A stretch of 64,000 nucleotides of DNA, taken from assembly GCA_038230515.1 (NCBI GenBank), contig JBBRND010000001.1, positions 88,464 through 152,463 of the forward strand, written 5' to 3'. This document shows positions 56,411 through 64,000 of this stretch, piece by piece. Both the position numbers and the translations under genes were made by a program. The stretch comes from Bacteroidia bacterium. Lineage in GTDB: Bacteria > Bacteroidota > Bacteroidia > AKYH767-A > 2013-40CM-41-45. Within the stretch, counting starts at the first letter, position 1; the number at the start of each line of letters is the position of its first letter. Under the pieces are notes generated by a model. It did not search any database. It saw only the letters and a program-made list of their open reading frames with translations, and had not been told where the DNA came from.

Positions 56411-56604
56411 ACATACCCATGAGCAGCAGCGGGAAAAGACATGAAGTGCGTGGCTTCCGCAACGATGTAAGTGACGCTTGATTTACTTTCATGAGGGTTT
56501 GCAGGAAGGAAAGAAGTGTATTATCAAATGCTACTTTCTACTGAAGAGACGAGAGAGGCGAATGCGATGATGACACACGATGATGCAGAGGTGACAGGGG
56601 TGTT

Positions 56605-56697
56605 TTATTCAATCACAAACTTGCCGGTAGCGAATTGTTCATTGTTCGAAGTAAGTTGAAAGAAGTACAAGCCATTTCTCATTACAATTATTGATTG
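56605..56697 (-). pseudogene. 3' remnant of a T9SS C-terminal sorting domain
   Basis: Minus-strand translation ...MRNGLYFFQLTSNNEQFATGKFVIE-stop resembles the C-terminus of the 57423-58949 protein (DGLYFFQLTTSGMQSATRKFVIE). No upstream coding body. Confidence 0.5.
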
Positions 56698-57051
56698 CTA
56701 TTCGCGTACAATGATTTTGTCCCGGGTTATTTCAATGAATGAATAGTTTTGAATCAGTTCGATCAAAACAGGGAATGTTCGGGAAAAAAGGTCAAGCAAC
56801 TCGGGGTTCGAAATGTTTCCGGTTGTTACCAACATCAGTTTTGCAGGTTGGGATTTCAGGTAAAAACTATTTTCGAAATCAACATCTTTTGTAATAAGAC
56901 AGCACTGTTCCGCGTTGCATATTTTGCGGATTGTGTCGTCATCGGAAGTATTGGCTTCGGGCAATTCAAGAGTGTGAATGCTTTCACATTCCTGGTCGTT
57001 GAGCCATTGCGATAATGCTTTGGGAAGTTATGCGTCAACTAAAAATTTCAC
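56698..57051 (-). pseudogene. DUF5615-type PIN-like toxin gene with a premature TAA at codon 8
   Basis: GTG 57051 overlaps the DUF433 stop (GTGA). Translation is VKFLVDA-TAA(57028-57030)-LPKALSQWLNDQECESIHTLELPEANTSDDDTIRKI...ITKDVDF, matching the MKFLVDENLP... family pattern. Confidence 0.7.
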
Positions 57052-57287
57052 GATGCGGCTTTCACGATGCTCTTCACCTGTATTACTCGCGCTGCATATT
57101 CAAGGCAGGCAAGCATGTCTTCTTTTTCCAGATCGGGATAATCTTTCAGAATTTCTTCAATGCTCATGCCGGATGCAAGCAGTTCAAGCATGTTCTCCAC
57201 AGGATAGCGCAAACCACGGATGGTAGGTTTGCCGTGACAAATTTCAGGCAGCAAAGTAATTCTGTTTATATAAGATGGCTGAATCAT
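57048..57287 (-). CDS. DUF433 domain protein (putative antitoxin)
   Basis: 79 aa with CHGKPTIRGLRYPVENMLELLASGMSIEEILKDYPDLEKEDMLACLEYA, the typical DUF433 core. Confidence 0.85.
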   Translation of the reverse strand: MIQPSYINRITLLPEICHGKPTIRGLRYPVENMLELLASGMSIEEILKDYPDLEKEDMLACLEYAARVIQVKSIVKAAS

Positions 57288-57422
57288 GAATACGAAGTTA
57301 GTTATTTCCTTTCATTGTCATTCACACAAATAAAATATTTCTAAACGGAGAGAGAATTATTGAGAAATCTGCTTTCACTTTCCTGTGCGAATAGCGAAAC
57401 ATTACGAATTTACGAATTTGCA

Positions 57423-58949
57423 CTATTCTATCACAAACTTTCGGGTTGCTGATTGCATGCCGCTTGTGGTGAGTTGAAAAAAGTAAAGCCCATCACTCAA
57501 ATTTTTTCTGTCAATTTTTATCTCGCTTGAAGTGTTCCCGTGTAAAGATTCTACGAGCGCACCCATGGTGTTGTAAATTTTGAGTTCGTAATTTTTATTT
57601 TCTGAGTTATTGATGATAAGGGTGGCGGTGGTGTGGAAGGGGTTGGGGGAAATCACAAGAACCTTATCAGTGGAAACAAGATTTGAAGTCGAATTTATAT
57701 TGTAGCAATAAGTAGTTTCATTTAAGATGACCGGAAGAATTGTTTGGGTATATGTTACGACAGTTGATATGTTGACTGATGTTTGTAAAGTAATAGGGGA
57801 TGAGTTTACCATTAATGGATGATGTGTTATTAAAACCGGACTCATGTTGCAGGTTCCTTGATTTGATGAATCTGCCTTGACGATGTAAATATCGGTGGAA
57901 TCAGGACCGCTTATAGAGCCCGCAGAGACAATGCTACCATCAGAGAGAGAATCAATAAAATCTAACTCCGAAGGATTAATGCTGTTTATAAAAGATTGAA
58001 CAATATTTCCTAACGAGTCCGTTTCAATAAATCCAGGGTATATGTATTGCAAAGAATCATAATAATATCCGTTACAAAACAAATGCCCTGAACTTTTTAC
58101 AACGCACGAATTTAACGCCTGAAAATTGTCGTACTGTTCTTGCCATAAAACTGAACCCAAGGAATCATAACAAATTAACGAATAGGGGCTGGGTTCAATG
58201 AAAGAATTTGAACCCGTACGATAGCAATGAGAGGATAAGCCACCACCAAAAGTAAGGTAATTTGTTGCAAAGGAATGAATAGCATTTCCTAGTGTATCAA
58301 GTTTCATAGTAAAGAGGAAATAATTTGAACTAAGATTCGGTTCGTAAATTCCGGACATTAAAAAATTACCATCATCGGTTTGCACAAATGATTGGCCGAT
58401 TAAAGAAGATGATGAATCAATGTTGTATGATTTGCACCATTGTGAATTCCCTAATGAATCTGTTTTTAGAATAAGCCATCTGTCTATGGAGTCATTGTAG
58501 CTGGCCCAAAGTATAAATCCAAGATCTCTTGTTTTATAAACTCGATAAAATCCTCCGGGGAATGATGGTATTGAATAACTATTGCTCCAAATGAGGTTAC
58601 CTGCTGTATCAAGTTTAATCAAAATAAATTCCGAAAGGTTGCTATAAGATACAAGAATATTTTGGTCATAAGTTTTTTCGAGATGGAAAGGAGCAAAACC
58701 TTGATTATAAAAAGTAGTTGATATTCTTTTCGACCAAACAACATTTCCGATCTCGTTTATTTTCAGAAGCAAAAATCCTGAATCGGGAAACATATAATTA
58801 TTTGCACTTACAACACTACTGTTATCATTGAATGTGATTATATCGTTGGCTGATTCATTACGAATAGTACCGTAGCCCTTCTGAAAAGTAACCTGTCCTT
58901 CCACAAAAAAAGAAATGCAACAAAATAAAAAGAGTAATTTTTTTTTCAT
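57423..58949 (-). CDS. T9SS C-terminal-target-domain secreted protein (repetitive beta-propeller-like body)
   Basis: Signal peptide, repeated D..GN..WSK motifs and a C-terminal CTD (ISPNPFHTTATL...KIYNTMGALV...GLYFFQL...KFVIE). Confidence 0.8.
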   Translation of the reverse strand: MKKKLLFLFCCISFFVEGQVTFQKGYGTIRNESANDIITFNDNSSVVSANNYMFPDSGFLLLKINEIGNVVWSKRISTTFYNQGFAPFHLEKTYDQNILVSYSNLSEFILIKLDTAGNLIWSNSYSIPSFPGGFYRVYKTRDLGFILWASYNDSIDRWLILKTDSLGNSQWCKSYNIDSSSSLIGQSFVQTDDGNFLMSGIYEPNLSSNYFLFTMKLDTLGNAIHSFATNYLTFGGGLSSHCYRTGSNSFIEPSPYSLICYDSLGSVLWQEQYDNFQALNSCVVKSSGHLFCNGYYYDSLQYIYPGFIETDSLGNIVQSFINSINPSELDFIDSLSDGSIVSAGSISGPDSTDIYIVKADSSNQGTCNMSPVLITHHPLMVNSSPITLQTSVNISTVVTYTQTILPVILNETTYCYNINSTSNLVSTDKVLVISPNPFHTTATLIINNSENKNYELKIYNTMGALVESLHGNTSSEIKIDRKNLSDGLYFFQLTTSGMQSATRKFVIE

Positions 58950-59010
58950 CTCTCAGAATTTTCTTTTGTAAATCTATACAAAAAACTCTCCGCTTCCTAA
59001 AATATTTGGC

Positions 59011-59048
59011 GAAAACAAAACCGCCCCTCTCATTGCTGAAAGAGGCGG
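59011..59048 (-). terminator. rho-independent terminator after atpG
   Basis: Minus strand: CCGCCTCT...AGAGGGGCGG stem with a 2-nt bulge, followed by TTTTGTTTT. Confidence 0.5.
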
Positions 59049-59072
59049 CTGTGTTTTACTGCTTAGTGTTAT

Positions 59073-59957
59073 TTATCCGTTGAGGGCTTCTGCACCGGCA
59101 ACGATTTCAAGAATTTCTCCTGTAATGGCTGCCTGTCTGCGTTTGTTGTATTCGAGGCGGAGGGCTTTGAGAATTTCTCCTGCATTGTCGGTTGCTTTGT
59201 TCATGGCTGTCATGCGGGCACCGTGTTCGGAAGCGTGAGAGTCGAGCAATGCTTTGTAGAGTTGAATCTTGATTGTCTTTGGGATGAGTTCGAGAACGAG
59301 GTCTTCTTTGTTGGGTTCGAAGATGTAATCGTTGATGGCTTTGCTTTCGTTTGCTTTTTTAGCAGGAGGTACAATGGGTAATACCTGTTCGGTAATTACA
59401 TATTGAACTGCGGCATTCTTAAACTGGTTGTACACTACTTCTACTTTATCGTAGTTGCCGTCTGCAAATTCCTTCATCACTTTTTCTGCGATGAGAGAAA
59501 CATTGGCGAAGTTGAGCTTTGTGTAAATGTCGTTGTGATTTCCTGCAGACAGGTTTGCGTGTTTGCTGAAAAAATCGTTTGCCTTCTTTCCGATGGAAAG
59601 TACTTTTACATTTCCTTCTTTTGCTTGTGCAGAATAATCTTCGCGGATGAGTTTGTTTACTGTGCGATTCACATTTGCATTGAAGCCACCGCACAATCCG
59701 CGGTTGGAGTTAACAGCAATGATCAATACTTTGTTTACAGGACGCGCTGCCGCAAACACACCACCGGTGCTGCTGTCCAGCGTTTCAGAAATATTTTCCA
59801 TGATGGCGCGGAGTTTTGCTGCATACGGTCGCATTTGCACAATTGCTTCCTGCGCGCGCCTGAGCTTGGCTGCACTCACCATCTTCATCGCCTTTGTAAT
59901 CTGCTGTGTGCTGATTACGGATGCGATGCGGATTCGGACTTCTTTTAAATTGGCCAT
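59073..59957 (-). CDS. atpG: F0F1 ATP synthase subunit gamma
   Basis: N-terminus LKEVRIRIASVISTQQITKAMKMVSAAKLRRAQ and C-terminus ITGEILEIVAGAEAL. Confidence 0.95.
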   Translation of the reverse strand: MANLKEVRIRIASVISTQQITKAMKMVSAAKLRRAQEAIVQMRPYAAKLRAIMENISETLDSSTGGVFAAARPVNKVLIIAVNSNRGLCGGFNANVNRTVNKLIREDYSAQAKEGNVKVLSIGKKANDFFSKHANLSAGNHNDIYTKLNFANVSLIAEKVMKEFADGNYDKVEVVYNQFKNAAVQYVITEQVLPIVPPAKKANESKAINDYIFEPNKEDLVLELIPKTIKIQLYKALLDSHASEHGARMTAMNKATDNAGEILKALRLEYNKRRQAAITGEILEIVAGAEALNG

Positions 59958-59964
59958 GTTGTTT

Positions 59965-60560
59965 CAGTTGGCAGTTGGCAATTTGCAGTGAGCAAATGAA
60001 CAGCCAAATTTTTAGTGTGCAATTGGCAGTGTGCAGTATGCAAAGTGAACAGCCAAATAGCGCATTGATTTATTTTTTATTCAATTATTTTTTCCCCTTT
60101 TGCGAACTGCTAACAGCTATTTGCTAACTACTTTTTATTGTTTTGATATTTTTCAGGATTCTCAATCATGTGATTCAACATTTTTCCTACTTCCTCCGAT
60201 TTAATAATTAAATCTTTATATATTGATTCAACAATGTATTTACAAGATAAGGAATAATCTAACCAAACCTGCGTCTCCGCATTTTCCATATCGGCATCGC
60301 TTGACTTGCTAACGAAGTGCGCCTGGTACTGTCTTTTGCGATACCCCTCACCGATATTCGAACAAACTGATCTTGATGACCTTCTTATCTGTGATATCAA
60401 TCCGTACTTTTCTTCATTCGGAAATTTCTTTGTGATCTCAAATATTTCCATTGAAAGTTTGAATGCTTTCTTGTAAACAGTCAGATCACGAAATGTTCCC
60501 ATTTGTGCCAGTGGTCAGTTTGCAAACTTTTTTGGGCTGCTAATTGCAAACTGCCAACTG
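59965..60560 (-). mobile_element. inverted-repeat-bounded four-helix-bundle ORF cassette A (IVS-like insertion between atpA and atpG)
   Basis: Arms CAGTTGGCAGTTGGCAATT (59965-59983) and AATTGCAAACTGCCAACTG (60542-60560) are complementary at 18 of 19 positions. The flanks are heptamer-phased words. Mobility is inferred, not shown. Confidence 0.4.
60128..60502 (-). CDS. four-helix-bundle protein (23S rRNA intervening-sequence protein family)
   Basis: 124 aa with FRDLTVYKKAFKLSMEIF and QIRRSSRSVCSNIGEGY, characteristic of the family (PF05635/TIGR02436 type, from memory). Confidence 0.85.
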   Translation of the reverse strand: MGTFRDLTVYKKAFKLSMEIFEITKKFPNEEKYGLISQIRRSSRSVCSNIGEGYRKRQYQAHFVSKSSDADMENAETQVWLDYSLSCKYIVESIYKDLIIKSEEVGKMLNHMIENPEKYQNNKK

Positions 60561-60572
60561 CATTTTGCCAAT

Positions 60573-62153
60573 CTAGCCCTTGTATTTCGGTACTAACTCT
60601 GATGCCACTTTTTCAAGTACAGAAGTAATGCTGTCATCAAGCGTTCCTTTCCTAAGTGCATCGAGCGTAGAGCGATGTTGTGCATCAAGTAATCCGACAT
60701 ATTCAATTTCAAATTCACCTATTCGTTTTACGGGAACATCGCGAAGCAATCCTTTTGTACCGAGATAAATAATTGCGATTTGTTTTTCTACGGGAATCGG
60801 AGAGTACTGACCTTGCTTCAGAATTTCCACATTGCGAATACCTTTTTCAAGAGTAGCTTTTGTTGATGCATCGAGATCGGAACCGAATTTTGAGAACGCT
60901 TCAAGTTCGCGGTATTGCGCCTGGTCAAGCTTTAGTGTACCCGCAATTTTCTTCATGGATTTGATCTGTGCATTACCACCCACGCGTGATACAGAGATAC
61001 CCACGTTGATGGCGGGACGAACACCTGAGTTAAATAAATTCGACTCAAGGAAAATCTGTCCGTCAGTAATGGAGATTACGTTTGTGGGAATGTATGCTGA
61101 TACGTCACCTGCCTGCGTTTCGATAATCGGAAGAGCCGTTAATGATCCGCCACCTTTCACCATGTGTTTGATGGATTCAGGAAGATCGTTCATCTGGCGC
61201 GCAATCTCATCAGTGTTGTTGATTTTCGCTGCGCGCTCGAGCAATCTTGAGTGAAGATAAAATACATCACCCGGGTATGCTTCGCGTCCCGGAGGTCTGC
61301 GGAGGAGAAGAGAAACTTCGCGATATGCAACTGCCTGTTTGGAAAGATCATCATACACGATCAATGCCGGACGACCGGTGTCGCGGAAAAATTCTCCGAT
61401 AGATGCACCTGCCATTGGTGCGAAGAACTGCATTGGTGCAGGATCGGCTGCTGATGCAGCAACGATGACTGTGTAAGCCATTGCTCCGTGTTCGGTCAAT
61501 GTCTTTACGATCTGTGCAACGGTAGAACCTTTTTGTCCGATTGCAACATAGATGCAAAACACCGGCTCACCTTTTTCATAAAATTCTTTTTGGTTGATGA
61601 TGGTGTCAATCGCAACAGCAGTTTTTCCGGTCTGGCGATCACCAATGATCAACTCACGCTGACCGCGACCGATTGGAATCATTGCATCAATCGGTTTCAA
61701 ACCTGTTTGCAACGGCTCGTTCACCGGCTGACGATAAATTACTCCAGGTGCTTTGCGCTCCAGCGGCATTTCATATACATCGCCTGTGATCGGTCCTTTG
61801 CCGTCAATCGGTTTTCCAAGTGAATCAACCACGCGCCCCAACATTCCTTCACCAACTTTTATGGATCCGATTTTTCCGGTACGCTTTACTACATCACCTT
61901 CTTTAATGTCGTTCGAACTTCCGAGCAACACAGCACCCACGTTGTCTTCTTCAAGATTCAACACGATGCCTTGCAAGCCGGTTTCAAATTCAATCAACTC
62001 TCCTGATTGAACTTTTGTGAGTCCGTATATGCGCGCGATACCGTCACCTACCTGTAACACGGTACCAACTTCTTCGAGTTCAGTTTCTGTTTTGAAGCCC
62101 GCGAGTTGTTGTCTTAAAATCGCTGATACTTCATCCGGTCTAACTTCTGCCAT
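60573..62153 (-). CDS. atpA: F0F1 ATP synthase subunit alpha
   Basis: Walker A GDRQTGKT and the 526-aa canonical alpha sequence. Confidence 0.97.
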   Translation of the reverse strand: MAEVRPDEVSAILRQQLAGFKTETELEEVGTVLQVGDGIARIYGLTKVQSGELIEFETGLQGIVLNLEEDNVGAVLLGSSNDIKEGDVVKRTGKIGSIKVGEGMLGRVVDSLGKPIDGKGPITGDVYEMPLERKAPGVIYRQPVNEPLQTGLKPIDAMIPIGRGQRELIIGDRQTGKTAVAIDTIINQKEFYEKGEPVFCIYVAIGQKGSTVAQIVKTLTEHGAMAYTVIVAASAADPAPMQFFAPMAGASIGEFFRDTGRPALIVYDDLSKQAVAYREVSLLLRRPPGREAYPGDVFYLHSRLLERAAKINNTDEIARQMNDLPESIKHMVKGGGSLTALPIIETQAGDVSAYIPTNVISITDGQIFLESNLFNSGVRPAINVGISVSRVGGNAQIKSMKKIAGTLKLDQAQYRELEAFSKFGSDLDASTKATLEKGIRNVEILKQGQYSPIPVEKQIAIIYLGTKGLLRDVPVKRIGEFEIEYVGLLDAQHRSTLDALRKGTLDDSITSVLEKVASELVPKYKG

Positions 62154-62162
62154 TTTTATTTA

Positions 62163-62605
62163 TGATTTATGATTCTTGATTTATGATTGAAATCCTTCAA
62201 TCTCTATTTTTTATTTTGATTTATTTTATTTCGAACTGTTATTGCTGATGCCGCAAATATTGCTGTTAACTCATCTGCTTCTTTCCACAATTTTTTTATC
62301 TCTTCATCTTTTATCATTTCTGATTCTTCAAGTATTTCAAACCAGTACGCACATTCATCTGATTCTTCTTCGCAGATCGAAATTCTGGAAGCAAAATCTG
62401 CGTCTGTTCTCGAACGGCAGGTGCTTCTGTAATTTGCTCCGACCGATGTACCACTCTTTGCCAACTGATATTCTATCACTGATGCTGCTTTTGATTTCGG
62501 CATCTTCTCAAGGAACTTCAAAACATCAATCGCAAATTTTTTCGTTCTCTTCTTTAACTCGACACTGTTCATGGTTGCTTGTCTTTAATCAAGAATCATA
62601 AATCA
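62163..62605 (-). mobile_element. inverted-repeat-bounded four-helix-bundle ORF cassette B (IVS-like insertion between atpH and atpA)
   Basis: Perfect 19-bp inverted repeat TGATTTATGATTCTTGATT (62163-62181) / AATCAAGAATCATAAATCA (62587-62605). Mobility is inferred, not shown. Confidence 0.45.
62204..62572 (-). CDS. four-helix-bundle protein (23S rRNA intervening-sequence protein family), second subtype
   Basis: 122 aa with RTKKFAIDVLKF, QLAKSGTSVGANYRS and ESDECAYWFEIL motifs. Confidence 0.8.
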   Translation of the reverse strand: MNSVELKKRTKKFAIDVLKFLEKMPKSKAASVIEYQLAKSGTSVGANYRSTCRSRTDADFASRISICEEESDECAYWFEILEESEMIKDEEIKKLWKEADELTAIFAASAITVRNKINQNKK

Positions 62606-62615
62606 GCAATGTGCG

Positions 62616-63173
62616 TTAGTTCTTCCGCACGTAAGACGTATCCACCAACTCCTGCCTCAACTGCCGCAGCTCGCTTTGGATACTTGCATCGTATTGTTTA
62701 TCGCCCACGCGGAGAACAAATCCTCCGATGAGGTTCTTGTCAACTTTTTCCAACAATTCAATTTCGCTGTTTAAACTTTCTTTGATGATTTTGAAAACAT
62801 CGCTTCGCAATTTATCATCAAGCCCAATAGCAGAAGTAACAATTGCGGTTTGAATTCCTTTGAACTCTTTATAAAGCCGGATAAATTCTTTGGCAATTCC
62901 TTCAAGATGCGACTCCCGACCTTTCTTGGTGATGATCTCGAAAAAAGAAATGGAAAGCGTATTCATCTTTCCTGCAAATACTTTTTTCAAAATGGTCAGT
63001 TTCTTATCAGCGTTGATAATTGGACTGCCAAGCAAAAGAGAAAGATCTTTGTTGTTCTCGCACACGGAAGCAAGCAACTTCATGTCTTCCATAACTGCTT
63101 CAAGCACTCCTCTTTCTTTTGAAAGATCGAGAAGAGATTTCGCGTATCGCTTGGCTACTTTAGTTTCAATCAT
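62616..63173 (-). CDS. atpH: F0F1 ATP synthase subunit delta
   Basis: 185 aa with VAKRYAKSLLDL at the N-terminus (OSCP/delta family). Position in the operon fits. Confidence 0.9.
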   Translation of the reverse strand: MIETKVAKRYAKSLLDLSKERGVLEAVMEDMKLLASVCENNKDLSLLLGSPIINADKKLTILKKVFAGKMNTLSISFFEIITKKGRESHLEGIAKEFIRLYKEFKGIQTAIVTSAIGLDDKLRSDVFKIIKESLNSEIELLEKVDKNLIGGFVLRVGDKQYDASIQSELRQLRQELVDTSYVRKN

Positions 63174-63177
63174 CTTC

Positions 63178-63672
63178 TTAGTTCAATGAAATATCCTTCA
63201 TCAAATTTTCCATCAGAGATTTTTGTTTCTGATCATTGCTCAACTCCTGACGAAGAATTTTCTCTGCAATTTCGATACTCATGCTTGCCACCTGATTTTT
63301 TATTTCAGCAATGGCAGCATTCTTTTCTGTGTTGATAGTTTCGCGCGCCTGTGCCATTATCTTGTTCGCTTCTGTCTGCGCTTTTGTTTTTGATTCGGAG
63401 ATGATGGCATCTTTTGTATCACGCGCTTCTTTCAACATGGCATCGCGTTCTGCGCGCGCCTGTTGAATCAGCTTTTCGTTATCTGCCTTCAGCGAAGCCA
63501 TTTCTTCTTTTGCTTTCTTCGCAGTGTTCAGCGCTTCAGAAATAGATTCTTCGCGCGTCTTCAACGAGGCAAGAATGGGTTTCCATGCAAACTTCTTCAA
63601 CAGAAAAAGCACGATTAAGAATGATACGAGCATCCAGAAGAGCAGCCCGATATCAGGTGTTACTAATTTCAT
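63178..63672 (-). CDS. atpF: F0F1 ATP synthase subunit b
   Basis: N-terminal TM segment plus a long charged helix. Position in the operon fits. Confidence 0.9.
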   Translation of the reverse strand: MKLVTPDIGLLFWMLVSFLIVLFLLKKFAWKPILASLKTREESISEALNTAKKAKEEMASLKADNEKLIQQARAERDAMLKEARDTKDAIISESKTKAQTEANKIMAQARETINTEKNAAIAEIKNQVASMSIEIAEKILRQELSNDQKQKSLMENLMKDISLN

Positions 63673-63715
63673 TGGGTGAAATTTTTAAAGCCGCACCAAA
63701 AAATTCTCTTGTGTC

Positions 63716-63790
63716 ATGCCGAACTTATTTCGGCATCTGCTAAATCAAAGTATGTGCTTTGATTGAAGGGATGCTGACATTCGTCAGCAT
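63716..63790 (-). promoter_or_regulatory. two 8-bp stem-loops in the atpE-atpF spacer
   Basis: ATGCCGAA (63716-63723) / TTCGGCAT (63729-63736) and ATGCTGAC (63771-63778) / GTCAGCAT (63783-63790). Confidence 0.4.
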
Positions 63791-63828
63791 GACAACGCTT
63801 ATTTTGATGCGAGCGGTTAAACTTTTAA

Positions 63829-64000
63829 TTAAGCAAGACCAACAATGAACGCAAGAGCGACTGCTGCAAGAGCAACCCCTTCAACCAACGCTGCTGCAAC
63901 GAACATGTTCGAAACCAGGTCGCCTTTCATTTCGGGCTGACGAGCCATTGATTCCAATGCACTGCCACCGATTCTGCCGATACCGATACCTGCACCTACT
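63829..64000 (-). CDS. atpE: F0F1 ATP synthase subunit c, 5' end beyond window
   Basis: Hand translation ...GAGIGIGRIGGSALESMARQPEMKGDLVSNMFVAAALVEGVALAAVALAFIVGLA-stop, the canonical c-subunit hairpin with R-Q-P loop. Confidence 0.9.
   Translation of the reverse strand, partial: VGAGIGIGRIGGSALESMARQPEMKGDLVSNMFVAAALVEGVALAAVALAFIVGLA

Noticed and set aside
55234-58949. The accessory-looking stretch (hypothetical basic protein, array E, TA pair, T9SS genes) as an integrated mobile element or defence island.
   Set aside because: There is no integrase, transposase or recombinase. There is no tRNA-flanked boundary or direct repeats delimiting the region, and no recognisable defence enzymes. 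Only the degraded TA pair supports an accessory origin.
59958-62615. Four-helix-bundle ORFs as Avd components of a diversity-generating retroelement.
   Set aside because: No reverse transcriptase gene, no template/variable repeat pair and no adenine-specific mismatch pattern occur anywhere in the window.

Overview
64-kb chromosomal segment of a low-GC Bacteroidota genome. Lineage evidence: gldE/gldD gliding genes, several T9SS C-terminal sorting domains, TAnnTTTG-type -7 boxes, and an atpEFHAG-type operon. I support about 60 protein-coding genes, mostly housekeeping: trpS, asnS, gltX, ssb, hflX, sufS, ybeY, folB, rpiB, heme A synthase, acyl-CoA carboxylase beta and atpE-F-H-A-G. There is one tRNA-Cys(GCA) and no rRNA, CRISPR, transposase, integrase or prophage. 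All product calls rest on motif recognition by eye; no database search was possible. Five things are out of the ordinary. (1) Both intergenic gaps of atpH-atpA-atpG are filled by ORFs of the four-helix-bundle / 23S-rRNA-intervening-sequence protein family. Each is bounded by a 19-bp inverted repeat a few nt from the neighbouring atp start and stop codons. This is an IVS-like architecture inside an essential mRNA operon, and a solo copy of one repeat arm lies at 43.1 kb. (2) Five non-coding arrays share a strict 21-bp register (42 bp in one case) at about 6.8, 16.8, 26.8, 37.1 and 56.2 kb. Each is a GC-rich 6-mer plus phased A/T tract, or in one case a 12-bp palindrome, and all sit upstream of gene starts. 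Heptamer-phased 'word' tracts are also present, and they build the cassette repeat arms. (3) Several accessory genes are decayed: a T9SS Kelch/PKD gene with TGA and TAA replacing a conserved Trp and Tyr, a DUF5615 PIN-like toxin with a TAA at codon 8 beside an intact DUF433 partner, and a membrane protein split at a T8 run. (4) gldE and gldD lie in one uninterrupted reading frame. (5) An orphan 189-aa protein carries a clan-CD-like His/Cys dyad pattern.
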